A DNA stretch of 64,000 bases, from IMG/VR virus record IMGVR_UViG_3300030117_007876, positions 32,001 through 96,000 of that record; one strand, 5' to 3'. This stretch comes from a virus. Positions 1 through 10,188 of this stretch are shown here, one piece after another. A program made the position numbers and the translations under genes. Each line of letters opens with the position of its first letter. Within the stretch, counting starts at the first letter, position 1. The notes beneath the pieces are model-generated. The model was not told where the DNA came from and did not search any database. It saw nothing but the letters and a program-made list of their open reading frames with translations.

Positions 1-2
1 TT

Positions 3-260
3 ATTGAAGAAAACAACAGCCCTATAGACGAACTTTTAAAATCTAAAGTATTAGAAGTGTGCAGTAAAAAAGGCTATAAAATAGAAAAAGCTAAAAGCAT
101 TTATTACAAAAATAAACAATACGCTCAAGCTCACATGACATATAAAATCATATGCAGTAGAAGCTTTGGAAAAAGCAAAACTTTATCTAAACCTAATCTT
201 GAGCATTTTTGCAGTGATGAATTTTCTTTTGAATCTTGGAAAGAACAAAACCATGAATAG
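3..260 (+). CDS. C-terminal part of a stand-alone PHP domain of DNA polymerase III alpha (5' partial)
   Basis: The frame is open from position 3. KSIYYKNKQYAQAHMTYKIIC...TLSKPNLEHFCSDEFSFES resembles the end of the DnaE PHP domain (DVHY...DAEAH.VL.CI...F.TDEFY.KS), and the downstream DnaE lacks a PHP domain. Confidence 0.6.
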   Translation: MEENNSPIDELLKSKVLEVCSKKGYKIEKAKSIYYKNKQYAQAHMTYKIICSRSFGKSKTLSKPNLEHFCSDEFSFESWKEQNHE

Positions 261-594
261 CGAAAAAATAGTCGCACCTAAAAAATACAAAATGGGCGAT
301 ATCGTCTGTAAAACAACATGGTCTGAATCAGTAAAAAATAAAAATTTTTCCATCCCAAAACTCGTAATCGAAATTAAATCAGAAGGCGTTTTAAGTGATG
401 AAGATATATTTGATTATGTGGGCTTGGTAGGTAAAATGAATTTATGCGAACAAAGCATCTCACCTAATATAGAAGCTCATATTGATCATAAGAAACAATT
501 AGTTACTTTTGTGGCTTGCCAGCCTATTAAAAAAGGAGAAGAACTTATTTATAACCTACATATTAGCTGTTTTAATAATGTTAAGATACGATAA
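253..594 (+). CDS. Degenerate SET-domain-like protein
   Basis: EQSISPN...VACQPIKKGEELIYN resembles the SET motif NHSxxPN...A.RDI.xGEEL..DY. The ATG at 253 overlaps the end of the upstream gene. Confidence 0.5.
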   Translation: MNSEKIVAPKKYKMGDIVCKTTWSESVKNKNFSIPKLVIEIKSEGVLSDEDIFDYVGLVGKMNLCEQSISPNIEAHIDHKKQLVTFVACQPIKKGEELIYNLHISCFNNVKIR

Positions 595-1207
595 AAAACA
601 AAAATACATTTGCTTTGATTTTGAGACTTGCAATCTTAATTTATTAAGCCCCGACAATAAACCATGGCAATTAAGCTATTTAATAGCAGAAGGCAATAAA
701 GTATTAAAAGAAAAAGATTGTTATATAAATTGGCCAGACTTAAAACTTTCTGAAGAAGCTCGCAAGATAACAAGGTTCGATGATCAAAAATATAAAAGAT
801 TAGCTTCTGACCCTAAAGAAATACTTGAAGATTTTCAAAAATATCTTTATGATGAAGATTACATAATAATAGGTCAAAATTTGTTAGGCTTTGATGTTTA
901 TATACATAGAATATACTGCAAACTTCTTGGGGTTAAACCAGATTATTCTTATATTAATAGAATTTATGACACTAATTGCATAGCAAAAGCTATAAAAAAG
1001 GACTTGCAACCACCAAAAGATTTAGAGTTAATTTATTGGCAGTATAAACTTAACGATTTCAGAGAGAAAAATATGCGCACAAGCATAAAAGCGCAATTAA
1101 AGCAGTACAAAATCGATTTTAATGAAAATAAACTTCATGATTCTTTGTACGATATAAAAATGAACTTTCAAATATTCTTAAAACAAATTTGGCAAATCGA
1201 TATATGA
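578..1207 (+). CDS. DEDDh 3'-5' exonuclease (DnaQ/epsilon-like)
   Basis: ExoI CFDFET, ExoII GQNLLGFD, ExoIII LHDSLYDI; adjacent to dnaE. Confidence 0.85.
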   Translation: MLRYDKKQKYICFDFETCNLNLLSPDNKPWQLSYLIAEGNKVLKEKDCYINWPDLKLSEEARKITRFDDQKYKRLASDPKEILEDFQKYLYDEDYIIIGQNLLGFDVYIHRIYCKLLGVKPDYSYINRIYDTNCIAKAIKKDLQPPKDLELIYWQYKLNDFREKNMRTSIKAQLKQYKIDFNENKLHDSLYDIKMNFQIFLKQIWQIDI

Positions 1208-3762
1208 ATTTTCTTGATGACATAAAACCTTACCAAAAGGCGATGCTTCCGGGTGTTCGTTTGCCTAAAATTAACATCGAGCCTAAGTATTACAATCAGC
1301 TTGATCTTCCTGAAGATGCTGACAACTTTACATTTTTAAAAGCTTTATGTTACGCTAATTTAACTAAATCACAACACGAATCAAAAGAGTATCAAGATCG
1401 CTTAAAGATGGAGCTTGGTATTTTTGATGAATTAGGATTTGTTGATTACGTTTTATTAAACTGGGACATTTTAAATTTCTGTCATGAAAATTCGATACCT
1501 ACCGGACCCGGTAGAGGTAGTGCTGCGGGATCTTTAGTTTTGTTTTTAGTTGGAGTAACGAAAGTTGATCCTATTGAATATGGTTTATTCTTCGAAAGAT
1601 TTGTTAGCAAATCTAGAGCTAAAAAAATAGAACAAGATGGTATAACTTATCTAGAGGGATCTCTTTTACCTGATGTCGATAACGATATAAGTTACGACAG
1701 AAGACCAGAAGTTATCAAATATATTGAACAAAAGCATATAGGAAAAACTTCTAAAATATTAACACTAAATACTCTTTCTGGTAAATTATGCATAAAAGAG
1801 TGCGGTAAAATTGTTGGAGAATATTCTGAATCTGAAGTTAATGAAGTTAGCGATAAAATACCTAAAAACTTTGGAAGAGTTTTACCGTTAAAAGACGCTT
1901 TTGCACAAAATGAAAAATTTAAAGAGTGGGTAGAAGATAATAACAACGGTGAGATATTTAAAATAGGCAGGAAAATAGAAGGTCTTAATAAAAATACTGG
2001 AGTTCACCCATCAGGCATAGCTATTTCTTTTTACAATATTGAAGAAATTTGCCCCATGCAAAAAACCGGAGATGGGGATTTAGTAAGCGGCTATGATATG
2101 AATTATGTCGCTGAACTAATGGTTAAATTTGATGTTTTAGGCCTAAGAACTTTAACCGTTGTAAATGAAACTTGCAGACAATTAAACATAGAAACATCTA
2201 GTTTAAAAGTAGATGATCCATTTATTTATAAAAATTTAGAAAACTTAAATACCCCTCAAGGTTTATTTCAGATTGAAGCTGATACTAATTTCAGGGTTTG
2301 TAAAAAAGTTAAACCTAAAAACTTAGAACAACTTAGCGCAGTTGTTGCTATAGCTAGACCCGGCGCTCTTGATTTTGCAGATCAATATGCAACTTATTCA
2401 CAGACTGGTGAATTTCAGCTTGTTCATGATTTCTTTCAAGAAGAGCTCTCTTACACTGGAGGCATTCCACTTTATCAAGAGCAGCTTATGAAAATGGCCG
2501 TTAAGATCGGGTTCACACTTGATGAATCGGAACAGCTTCGAAGAATTGTTGGCAAAAAGAAAGTTGATCAAATGCCAGCATGGAAACAAAAAATAAAAGA
2601 CAAAGTTGAACAGCGAAATTTAGACCCTAAAATAGGCGATGTTTTATGGAAAGTTGCTGAAGATTCTGCTAATTATAGTTTTAATAAATCACATAGTATA
2701 TCTTATGCAATATTAGCCGCATGGACAGCGTATTTAAAATTCAAGCACCCTAAAGAATTCTTCTTGTCCTTGTTAAAGCTTTCTAAATATGAACCTGATT
2801 CTCACACAGAAATAAATAAAATCTCTCAGGAGCTACAGTTTTTTGATATGGAACTTTTGTCTCCTGATTTAGCTAAATCAAAAATAGATTTTTCCATTGA
2901 AAACGGCAACATCAGATTTGGTTTAAATGCTATTAAAGGGGTTTCAGAAAAATCTCTTGAATCTTTAGAAAATTTTAGAGAATCCAAAACGCCTACTAAG
3001 TTTGATATTTTTATATCAGCGAAACAAGCAGGTATAAACATAGGATTACTATCTGCATTGATTCAAGCAGGAACCTTAAGATCATATAAAACAGACAGAA
3101 CTAGATTAGTTTTAGAAGCTCAAACTTTTAACCTTCTAACAGACAAAGAAAAAGCTTTTGTTTGTCAGGTAGGTAAAAAGTATAATTATGATATACTAAC
3201 AATCATCCATGACTGCGCAAAAATTAACAAAACAAAGCGAGATGATGGCAGACCTTTCATGACAGAAAAGAGGTATGAGACTTTTGTCAAAAAGTATTCT
3301 AATTATAAAACGATATATAATCAAAACAGAAATTATGAAGATTTTGCTAATTGGGTTTACGAAAACAAATTGTTAGGCTATACACCTTCTGTTAAATTAA
3401 AAACTGTTTTTATGCAGAATGAAAAATCTTTCACAGATTGCGTGGAATTAATGTCTGTTTTCTCTGGGGATAAAGTGAAAATGGTTGGGGAAGTTGAAGA
3501 TGTTTATAAAGGTAAAACTCGTAAAGATAATAGTAATTTTTACAAGTTTAAAATGAAAGACGAAACAGGTAGAACAGATGCTTTATTCATGGATACTAGA
3601 AGAGGAAAAAATCTGTCCACTTACATCGAAAACGGAAATAAAATTCCTGAAAAAGGTGATATAGTTGTATTTACAGGAAGGAAAGGAGATGATATAATCT
3701 GGTTAGAAAAAATGGCTATTCAAAACGATAGAATATTCATGAAATTATCTGATATAAAATGA
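1204..3762 (+). CDS. dnaE: DNA polymerase III alpha catalytic subunit lacking the PHP domain
   Basis: GPGRGSAAGSLV, LFFERF, PDVDND, HPSGI, KFDVLGLRTL, YSFNKSHS, IRFGLNAIKG and a C-terminal OB fold. Confidence 0.95.
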   Translation: MNFLDDIKPYQKAMLPGVRLPKINIEPKYYNQLDLPEDADNFTFLKALCYANLTKSQHESKEYQDRLKMELGIFDELGFVDYVLLNWDILNFCHENSIPTGPGRGSAAGSLVLFLVGVTKVDPIEYGLFFERFVSKSRAKKIEQDGITYLEGSLLPDVDNDISYDRRPEVIKYIEQKHIGKTSKILTLNTLSGKLCIKECGKIVGEYSESEVNEVSDKIPKNFGRVLPLKDAFAQNEKFKEWVEDNNNGEIFKIGRKIEGLNKNTGVHPSGIAISFYNIEEICPMQKTGDGDLVSGYDMNYVAELMVKFDVLGLRTLTVVNETCRQLNIETSSLKVDDPFIYKNLENLNTPQGLFQIEADTNFRVCKKVKPKNLEQLSAVVAIARPGALDFADQYATYSQTGEFQLVHDFFQEELSYTGGIPLYQEQLMKMAVKIGFTLDESEQLRRIVGKKKVDQMPAWKQKIKDKVEQRNLDPKIGDVLWKVAEDSANYSFNKSHSISYAILAAWTAYLKFKHPKEFFLSLLKLSKYEPDSHTEINKISQELQFFDMELLSPDLAKSKIDFSIENGNIRFGLNAIKGVSEKSLESLENFRESKTPTKFDIFISAKQAGINIGLLSALIQAGTLRSYKTDRTRLVLEAQTFNLLTDKEKAFVCQVGKKYNYDILTIIHDCAKINKTKRDDGRPFMTEKRYETFVKKYSNYKTIYNQNRNYEDFANWVYENKLLGYTPSVKLKTVFMQNEKSFTDCVELMSVFSGDKVKMVGEVEDVYKGKTRKDNSNFYKFKMKDETGRTDALFMDTRRGKNLSTYIENGNKIPEKGDIVVFTGRKGDDIIWLEKMAIQNDRIFMKLSDIK

Positions 3763-6173
3763 GGAATTTAAATTTAACCCCTAGAGCTCAAAAGCTAGTA
3801 AAAGAAGCTCACAATTTAGCGGAAAAGCTTCAAAGCTCGAATTTAACACAGCTTCATATTTTCTTAAGCTTTTTTAAATTAAAATATAATCAGATAACTG
3901 AAGCTTTTGATTATTTTGAAGCTGATATAGAAAAGCTTGAAGAAGCTTCGACTAAAATATTAGAAGAATTAGCTAAAAAAGATCCAAATCAAGGCGACAA
4001 ACGAATATTGGCTAGCCCTGAAGTGAAAAAACTTTTTAGACTATCCAAAAAACTTTCTGCTAAATATGATCATAAATACATAGGATTAGAACATATATTT
4101 TTAAGTTTATTCGAAGATGCTGATGCGCCAATGCGCTTATTAATAGCAACATTTGATTTAAATTACGATAAGATATTAGATTACGTAGAGCAAAAGCTTG
4201 AAGAAGATGATTTAATTCCCTCCTCACTTCAAGACGACGAAGAAGAAGGTGAAAAAAACAACAACAAGTTCAACCCTAAGAAATATAAATTCCTTAATTC
4301 GTATGCTACAAATTTAAATATTCAAGTAATGCAGGGAAAAATTAATCAGCTGCATTTAAATAAAGGTTTAATAAAAAAGCTCTCTGAAGTTCTTTGTAGA
4401 AAAACTAAAAATAACCCTTTGATTGTAGGCGAAGCTGGTGTCGGCAAAACCGCATTAGTTGAATCTCTTGCTCAAGCAATTGTTGAAGGCGAGTGTTCAG
4501 ATTTTTTAGTCATGAAGAATATTTATAATTTAGATGTTCCGATGATAATAGCTGGATGCAAATACAGAGGCGAGTTTGAAGAAAAAATTAAAAATATAAT
4601 TAAAGAAATATCTGATGACCCTTTTGTTATATTATTTATTGATGAAATACATACCATCATTGGTGCAGGAAATCCAGAAAATGGTATGGATGTAGCTAAT
4701 ATATTGAAACCATATTTAGCTAGAGGCGAGATAACATGCATTGGAGCTACAACTTTCGATGAATACAAAAGAACTATAGCAAAAGATCCAGCCTTATCTA
4801 GAAGATTTCAAAATATTAAACTAGAAGAGCCTACTAAAAAGCAAGTATTTAGTTTATTAAAGAATATAAAAGATTCTTATGAAGTTTTTCATTTTATTAA
4901 TTTTTCTGATGAAATGATTAGATTTGTTATTGATTCTGCAGATAGATATATAGAAGGCAGGTTTCCCGATAAAGCTTTAGATATAATTGATCAAGTAGGG
5001 GCTAAAGTTAAATTAAAAAACTTTACCAAAAGTTCTGAAATGGTAAAGCTGGAAACTAAAATGAAAGATTTATCCTCTAAGCAAGAGGAAATGTACGAAA
5101 AAGATTTCAACAGAAAAATAGATGATATTATAAAAAAATACCAAAAAGCAGCAGAGCAACTTTTCAGCAAGTGGAAAGATAAAAAATATAGAATAAAAAC
5201 TTCAGATGTTTTAGAAGTTGTTGCAGATAAAACAAATATACCTATTGCAGATTTAAAAAAGCAAGACTCTGATAAAATTAAAGCTTTAAAACAGAAACTA
5301 AAATTACAAATCGTAGGACAGAATGACCCTATTGAAAAAATTTATAAATGCTTGTTAAGAGCTAAAGCTGGTTTTAGAAATCCTAATAAACCAATAGCTT
5401 CCGTGCTTTTTGCTGGTCCAACTGGAGTCGGCAAAACAATGATGGCTAAATTAATTGCTCAAACTCTTTTTGTAAACAAGAATAATTTTATTTCCTTTGA
5501 TTTATCAGAGTACACAGATAAAACTGCAGTTAATAAGCTAACTGGATCTAACCCCGGTTATGTTGGATACGATAAAGGTGGCATCTTAACGGAGAAAGTA
5601 AAAAGAAACCCGTACTCTCTAATACTTTTTGACGAAATACAAAAAGCGCATCAAGACGTATTATTTACATTATTACAAATATTAGAGGAAGGCAAAATAT
5701 CTGATTCATCTGGAAACACAGTTGACTTTTCTAATACTATAATTGTTATGACAACAAATGTTGGAGCAGATGCCGCTACTTCTGTTTCTATAGGCTTTAA
5801 TAAAGATAAAAATAACGCATCTTCTGATGTAGTAAATTCCGTTAAAAAACATTTCCCTCCAGATCTTCTAAATAGAATAGATGAAGTAATACCTTTTAAT
5901 TTATTAAAAGAAGACGATATTAAAATCATTATTAAAAGAGAGCTAGAAGAATTTAAGAAAGAATTATTAATTAAAAAAATAAAAGTAGCATACACAAGTA
6001 ATCTATCTAATTACGTATTCAAAAAAATACAATTTAATAATTTTGGAGCTAGACAAGTTCTTAAAACAGTGCAAAGAGAAATTCAAACGCTTGTTGCTGA
6101 GAAAATACTAGACACGCCTAAAACATGCCAAATAAAAATTTGTGTAAAAAACAACAATATATGTGTAATATAA
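3759..6173 (+). CDS. ClpA/ClpC-family AAA+ chaperone
   Basis: Clp-N repeats, KNNPLIVGEAGVGKT, FIDEIHTIIGAG, RFPDKALD, FAGPTGVGKT, LFDEIQKAH. Confidence 0.93.
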   Translation: MRNLNLTPRAQKLVKEAHNLAEKLQSSNLTQLHIFLSFFKLKYNQITEAFDYFEADIEKLEEASTKILEELAKKDPNQGDKRILASPEVKKLFRLSKKLSAKYDHKYIGLEHIFLSLFEDADAPMRLLIATFDLNYDKILDYVEQKLEEDDLIPSSLQDDEEEGEKNNNKFNPKKYKFLNSYATNLNIQVMQGKINQLHLNKGLIKKLSEVLCRKTKNNPLIVGEAGVGKTALVESLAQAIVEGECSDFLVMKNIYNLDVPMIIAGCKYRGEFEEKIKNIIKEISDDPFVILFIDEIHTIIGAGNPENGMDVANILKPYLARGEITCIGATTFDEYKRTIAKDPALSRRFQNIKLEEPTKKQVFSLLKNIKDSYEVFHFINFSDEMIRFVIDSADRYIEGRFPDKALDIIDQVGAKVKLKNFTKSSEMVKLETKMKDLSSKQEEMYEKDFNRKIDDIIKKYQKAAEQLFSKWKDKKYRIKTSDVLEVVADKTNIPIADLKKQDSDKIKALKQKLKLQIVGQNDPIEKIYKCLLRAKAGFRNPNKPIASVLFAGPTGVGKTMMAKLIAQTLFVNKNNFISFDLSEYTDKTAVNKLTGSNPGYVGYDKGGILTEKVKRNPYSLILFDEIQKAHQDVLFTLLQILEEGKISDSSGNTVDFSNTIIVMTTNVGADAATSVSIGFNKDKNNASSDVVNSVKKHFPPDLLNRIDEVIPFNLLKEDDIKIIIKRELEEFKKELLIKKIKVAYTSNLSNYVFKKIQFNNFGARQVLKTVQREIQTLVAEKILDTPKTCQIKICVKNNNICVI

Positions 6174-6204
6174 GTATATAACATAAAGCTAAACATTTTA
6201 AGCT

Positions 6205-7362
6205 ATGAGCGATTTTAACCCTATTTACAATACAGGATCGGAAGAAGAAGAAAACAATCAAACAAACGATATGTTTGATTTTGACATGCCTGATATCCCA
6301 GAAGCTACTGAAGAAAAAAAAGAAGAGCTAAAAGACAAAGATGCTGTTGGCTTTAAATTTGGTTTTATTGGAGCTGGCCAAGGGGGAGGCAAGTTAGCTG
6401 AAACTTTTTCTAGTATTGGTTATGCTAGAGTTGGCGTTATTAACACAGCTGATCAAGATTTAGCGACTATAAATGTTAAAAATAAATTAAAATTTGGAGA
6501 ACAGCAAGGCGCTGGCAAAAATAGAGGTATTGCTAAACAAGCTTTCGTAGATAATAAAGAGGATGTTGTAGATTTTATTAAAGAATCTGTAGGAACAGAT
6601 ATTGATAGAATCTTTGTTACTGTAGGCGCTGGAGGTGGTACAGGCGCTGGAGTTTGTTCGGAGCTAGTTAAAACAGTTAGAGAGTATCAAGACACAATAA
6701 AAGCTGGATCTTCTTATGTAGGTTTAATTTTAGCTCTACCAAAAACTTCTGAAGGTAAAAAAGTTAGCCAAAATGCTCATGACACATTAAAAGAAGCTTG
6801 TGAATTAGCAGAAAAAGGAGTTGTTTCTCCTTTAATTATTTTAGATAACGAAAAAATTAATAAGTTATACCCTAAATTATCAATAAAGAAATTTTGGCAA
6901 GTCGCAAATGCAAATATTTGCTCCCTATTTCACTTATTTAACAATATCATCACAAAAAATAGTGAATTTAGTACTTTTGATAGTAATGATTTTAGAACAG
7001 TATTAGATTCTGGCATCATGGTTTTTGGAGCAACTAACATAAATAACATTGAAAGCGAGTCTGCTATCTCTAAAGCCGTTAGAGAGAATTTAAAAAGAAA
7101 CGTTTTATGTGGAGAATTAGAGCTATCCACAGGTAATGTAGCAGCATCTGTAGCTATCGGAGATGAAGATACTTTAGATAATATTCCTCAAGAATATCTT
7201 GATAGCGCTTTTAATCAATTAAATAGAACATTAAAAACTAATAGCACAGTGCATCAAGGCATTTATAAAGGAGCTAAAAAAGGTTTGTCTTTATTTACAG
7301 CGATAGGAGGCATAGAAACTCCAAAAGATAAACTCATAACACTTCTAAAAGCCGCACAATAA
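6205..7362 (+). CDS. Tubulin/FtsZ-family GTPase (PhuZ/TubZ-like)
   Basis: FIGAGQGGGKLAE, tubulin signature GAGGGTGAG, ILDNEK, FDSND. Confidence 0.88.
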   Translation: MSDFNPIYNTGSEEEENNQTNDMFDFDMPDIPEATEEKKEELKDKDAVGFKFGFIGAGQGGGKLAETFSSIGYARVGVINTADQDLATINVKNKLKFGEQQGAGKNRGIAKQAFVDNKEDVVDFIKESVGTDIDRIFVTVGAGGGTGAGVCSELVKTVREYQDTIKAGSSYVGLILALPKTSEGKKVSQNAHDTLKEACELAEKGVVSPLIILDNEKINKLYPKLSIKKFWQVANANICSLFHLFNNIITKNSEFSTFDSNDFRTVLDSGIMVFGATNINNIESESAISKAVRENLKRNVLCGELELSTGNVAASVAIGDEDTLDNIPQEYLDSAFNQLNRTLKTNSTVHQGIYKGAKKGLSLFTAIGGIETPKDKLITLLKAAQ

Positions 7363-7377
7363 GTGTAAAATATAAAA

Positions 7378-7596
7378 ATGAAACTAGATACACCATTTTG
7401 CACATTTAATAGTGCAGCGACTATACAGCCAGAAACTGGAGAAAGCATTTACTTAACAGCCGCTTTAGGATCTTTTAGTGGTTCTTTTGGCACAATTACG
7501 CTTGCTAGTAATCAATCTTTTATGCCAGCAGTTCCTTTAAAACTGGATTCTACAGTAAGCGGAACGATAGGTGAATTATTTTACTATTTTGATTGA
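7378..7596 (+). CDS. Hypothetical protein
   Basis: ORF with a GTGTAA motif 9 nt upstream of the ATG. Confidence 0.6.
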   Translation: MKLDTPFCTFNSAATIQPETGESIYLTAALGSFSGSFGTITLASNQSFMPAVPLKLDSTVSGTIGELFYYFD

Positions 7597-7638
7597 AAAA
7601 CGTTGAAAATGTTGTGAGATTTATTATAATCTTGCAAC

Positions 7639-8205
7639 ATGAATTTACAAATTTACAAGCCAAACCCTAAAAATACTGGATGCGCTATGAGCTTCCAGAT
7701 TTCTACGCGCCCCGGTAAAGAGCCAGAATTTTATGCAAATTGTGTTTTGCAACATTCTTGGAATAATGAAAAAAAGACGGGATCATTTTCTGGTAGTAGA
7801 AATGACCCGTCGAAAACTATCGCTTTAAAGTTTAACGAGTTTGAATTGGGCGAAATCATAAACAGTTTTACTAATTCTATACCGTATTCTACTTTTCATA
7901 ATTTTTCTTCAAAAACTCAAATTAGATTAACTCCTTACGAAAAAACTAGAGGTAAAGGAGATTTTGCTGTTCAATGCCAAGCTTTCGGCATGACTTTAGT
8001 TAGAGATGGTGCTGATACATTTAAAGTTCCTTTCGACCCCGGCGAAGCTGTTAGGTTGACAGCTTTAATTAATAAATACTTTTCTATTCTTGATGATTAC
8101 AGACTCGAAGAGCAGAAAAAATATCAAAAATCAAAACCCTCCTCAAAACCAGCTTCAACACCTTCAAAACCTCAAAATGAAGCTAAAGAAGAATACGAAT
8201 TTTAA
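7639..8205 (+). CDS. Hypothetical protein, possibly ssDNA-binding
   Basis: Beta-rich body, low-complexity linker and acidic-aromatic tail (EEYEF); TTGAAA-N17-TATAAT promoter directly upstream. Confidence 0.45.
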   Translation: MNLQIYKPNPKNTGCAMSFQISTRPGKEPEFYANCVLQHSWNNEKKTGSFSGSRNDPSKTIALKFNEFELGEIINSFTNSIPYSTFHNFSSKTQIRLTPYEKTRGKGDFAVQCQAFGMTLVRDGADTFKVPFDPGEAVRLTALINKYFSILDDYRLEEQKKYQKSKPSSKPASTPSKPQNEAKEEYEF

Positions 8206-8211
8206 TTAATT

Positions 8212-8283
8212 TTGTGCTGCAAGAATATTTCACCAGATCAATACGCTAGACGTATTTCACCATCTTAATATTAAGCAGCGCAA
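8212..8283 (+). ncRNA. Dispersed dual-loop hairpin unit 1 (variable 5-mers ccaga/ccatc)
   Basis: ttgtgctgc..aatat-TTCA-ccaga-TCA-atacg-ctaga-cgtat-TTCA-ccatc-TTA-atatt..gcagcgcaa fills the intergenic gap. Confidence 0.75.
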
Positions 8284-8292
8284 TTATTTTTC

Positions 8293-10188
8293 ATGAAAAA
8301 GAAAAAGATATTAATTCATAGTAATTTTTGTAAAATGTTTACTGGTTTTGGTAAGCATAAAAAAAATCTATTAAAGTATTTATACAAAACCGGTAAGTAC
8401 GATATCGTAGAATTAAGTAATGGATTTGCTTGGAGCGACGAAAGATTAAAATATACTCCTTGGGAAAACTATGGAACTTTGCCCGATGATCCAGAAACCC
8501 AAAAAGAAATAACTTCAGATGAATTAAGAAAAAATGCTGCGGGTTACGGAGCAGAAAAAATAGATGAAGCAATTGAAAAATTTAATCCTGATATTTATTT
8601 AGGCATTGAAGATGTTTGGGCGTTTAGAAACTTCTTTGAAAAACCTTGGTGGAATAAAATTCATTGCATTATTCATACTACGTTAGATAGTTTGCCTATT
8701 TTAAAAGATGCTGTAGAAGCTGCACCTAAAATAAAAAATTACTTTGTGTGGTCTTCTTTCGCTGAAAAAGCTTTGCATAAATTAGGCTATAAACATGTAA
8801 AAACTGTACACGGATCACTCGAAGTTGAAAACTTTTTCAAAATACCAGATGATTTAAGATCAAAACTTAGAAAATATTTTCATACAGAAGATAGTTTTAT
8901 TATAGGTTTTGTATTCAGAAATCAATTAAGAAAATCTGTTCCTAATTTATTAGATGGATTTAAACTTTTTATAGAAAAATACCCAAAATCAAAAGCTAAA
9001 CTATTGCTACATACGCACTGGAGCGAAGGTTGGGACATACCTAAATTATTAAAAGAAAAAGATATAGATAGTAATCTGGTATTAACAACTTATAGATGCA
9101 AAAACTGTTTTCGGTATCATGTAAAACCTTTTGTTGGTCAAAACATTAAATGTGATTTTTGTAACCACCCAAACGCTTCAGAAACAGCTAATATTAAAAA
9201 TGGTATTGATGAAAAACAATTAAACGAAGTATATAATCTTATGGATGTTTACTGTCATCCATTTACTTCTGGAGGCCAAGAGATACCTGTTCAAGAAGCT
9301 AAATTAACTGAATTAATAACTTTAGTAACTGATTATAGTTGCGGAGAAGATTGCTCAACAGAAGAAAGTGGAGGTTTGCCTTTAGATTGGGCAGAGTATA
9401 GAGAACCCGGGACTCAATTTATAAAAGCTTCTACCGCACCAACTTCTATTTTTAAACAGCTTGAAAAAGTTTACTTGATGGATAAGAAAGAAAAAAATGC
9501 TACCGGCAAAAAAGCTCGTCAATTTGTAATCGATAATTATAGCGTAGAAACAATAGGTAAATACTTCGAAGATTTATTTGATAATTTTCCCGAAGTGGAT
9601 AGAAACTTTGATAATTCTAAAAAAATTACAGATATTTATTTTCAACCTGATGATTCATTAGATGATAAAAAATGGGTGGAAAGTTTGTATTCTAATATCT
9701 TAGGAAGAACAGATGAAAGAGGAGTTGAGCATTGGGTTAAAAGATTGAAAGCAGATTTAAAAAGGGCAATGGTTTTATCTTATTTTAAAAAAGTAGCTTT
9801 AAACGAACAACAACAAGAAGAAATTAAAAACTTAAAAAAAGAATTCAGCAAAACCCCTGACCAAAAAAGAATAGCTTTTATACAACCAAAATCAGAAGAA
9901 GAAGTAATTGCGTGTTCTTCTTTATTACCCTCAATAAAAAAACAATACCCCGATCATAAAATATATTTCTTCACTGATGCAAAGAATTTTGATTTAATCA
10001 ATTCTCATCCTGATATTGAAAAAGTTATGCATTATTCTGAAAAAATCGCAGACCCTTTATCTCTTGAAGGCAAAGGAGATAAAGAAAAAATCTTTGATAT
10101 AGTTTTTGCGCCTCACTTATCCATAAGAAATAATTTTTCAAGAAATTGCAACGACAAAATACAATACAAAATTTATGAATCTAACTGA
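8293..10188 (+). CDS. GT-B glycosyltransferase (GT4-like) with C-terminal extra domains
   Basis: TGFG, FRNQLRKSVPNL, EVYNLMDVYCHPFTSGGQEIPVQEA, and a GT9-like C-terminus. Confidence 0.8.
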   Translation: MKKKKILIHSNFCKMFTGFGKHKKNLLKYLYKTGKYDIVELSNGFAWSDERLKYTPWENYGTLPDDPETQKEITSDELRKNAAGYGAEKIDEAIEKFNPDIYLGIEDVWAFRNFFEKPWWNKIHCIIHTTLDSLPILKDAVEAAPKIKNYFVWSSFAEKALHKLGYKHVKTVHGSLEVENFFKIPDDLRSKLRKYFHTEDSFIIGFVFRNQLRKSVPNLLDGFKLFIEKYPKSKAKLLLHTHWSEGWDIPKLLKEKDIDSNLVLTTYRCKNCFRYHVKPFVGQNIKCDFCNHPNASETANIKNGIDEKQLNEVYNLMDVYCHPFTSGGQEIPVQEAKLTELITLVTDYSCGEDCSTEESGGLPLDWAEYREPGTQFIKASTAPTSIFKQLEKVYLMDKKEKNATGKKARQFVIDNYSVETIGKYFEDLFDNFPEVDRNFDNSKKITDIYFQPDDSLDDKKWVESLYSNILGRTDERGVEHWVKRLKADLKRAMVLSYFKKVALNEQQQEEIKNLKKEFSKTPDQKRIAFIQPKSEEEVIACSSLLPSIKKQYPDHKIYFFTDAKNFDLINSHPDIEKVMHYSEKIADPLSLEGKGDKEKIFDIVFAPHLSIRNNFSRNCNDKIQYKIYESN

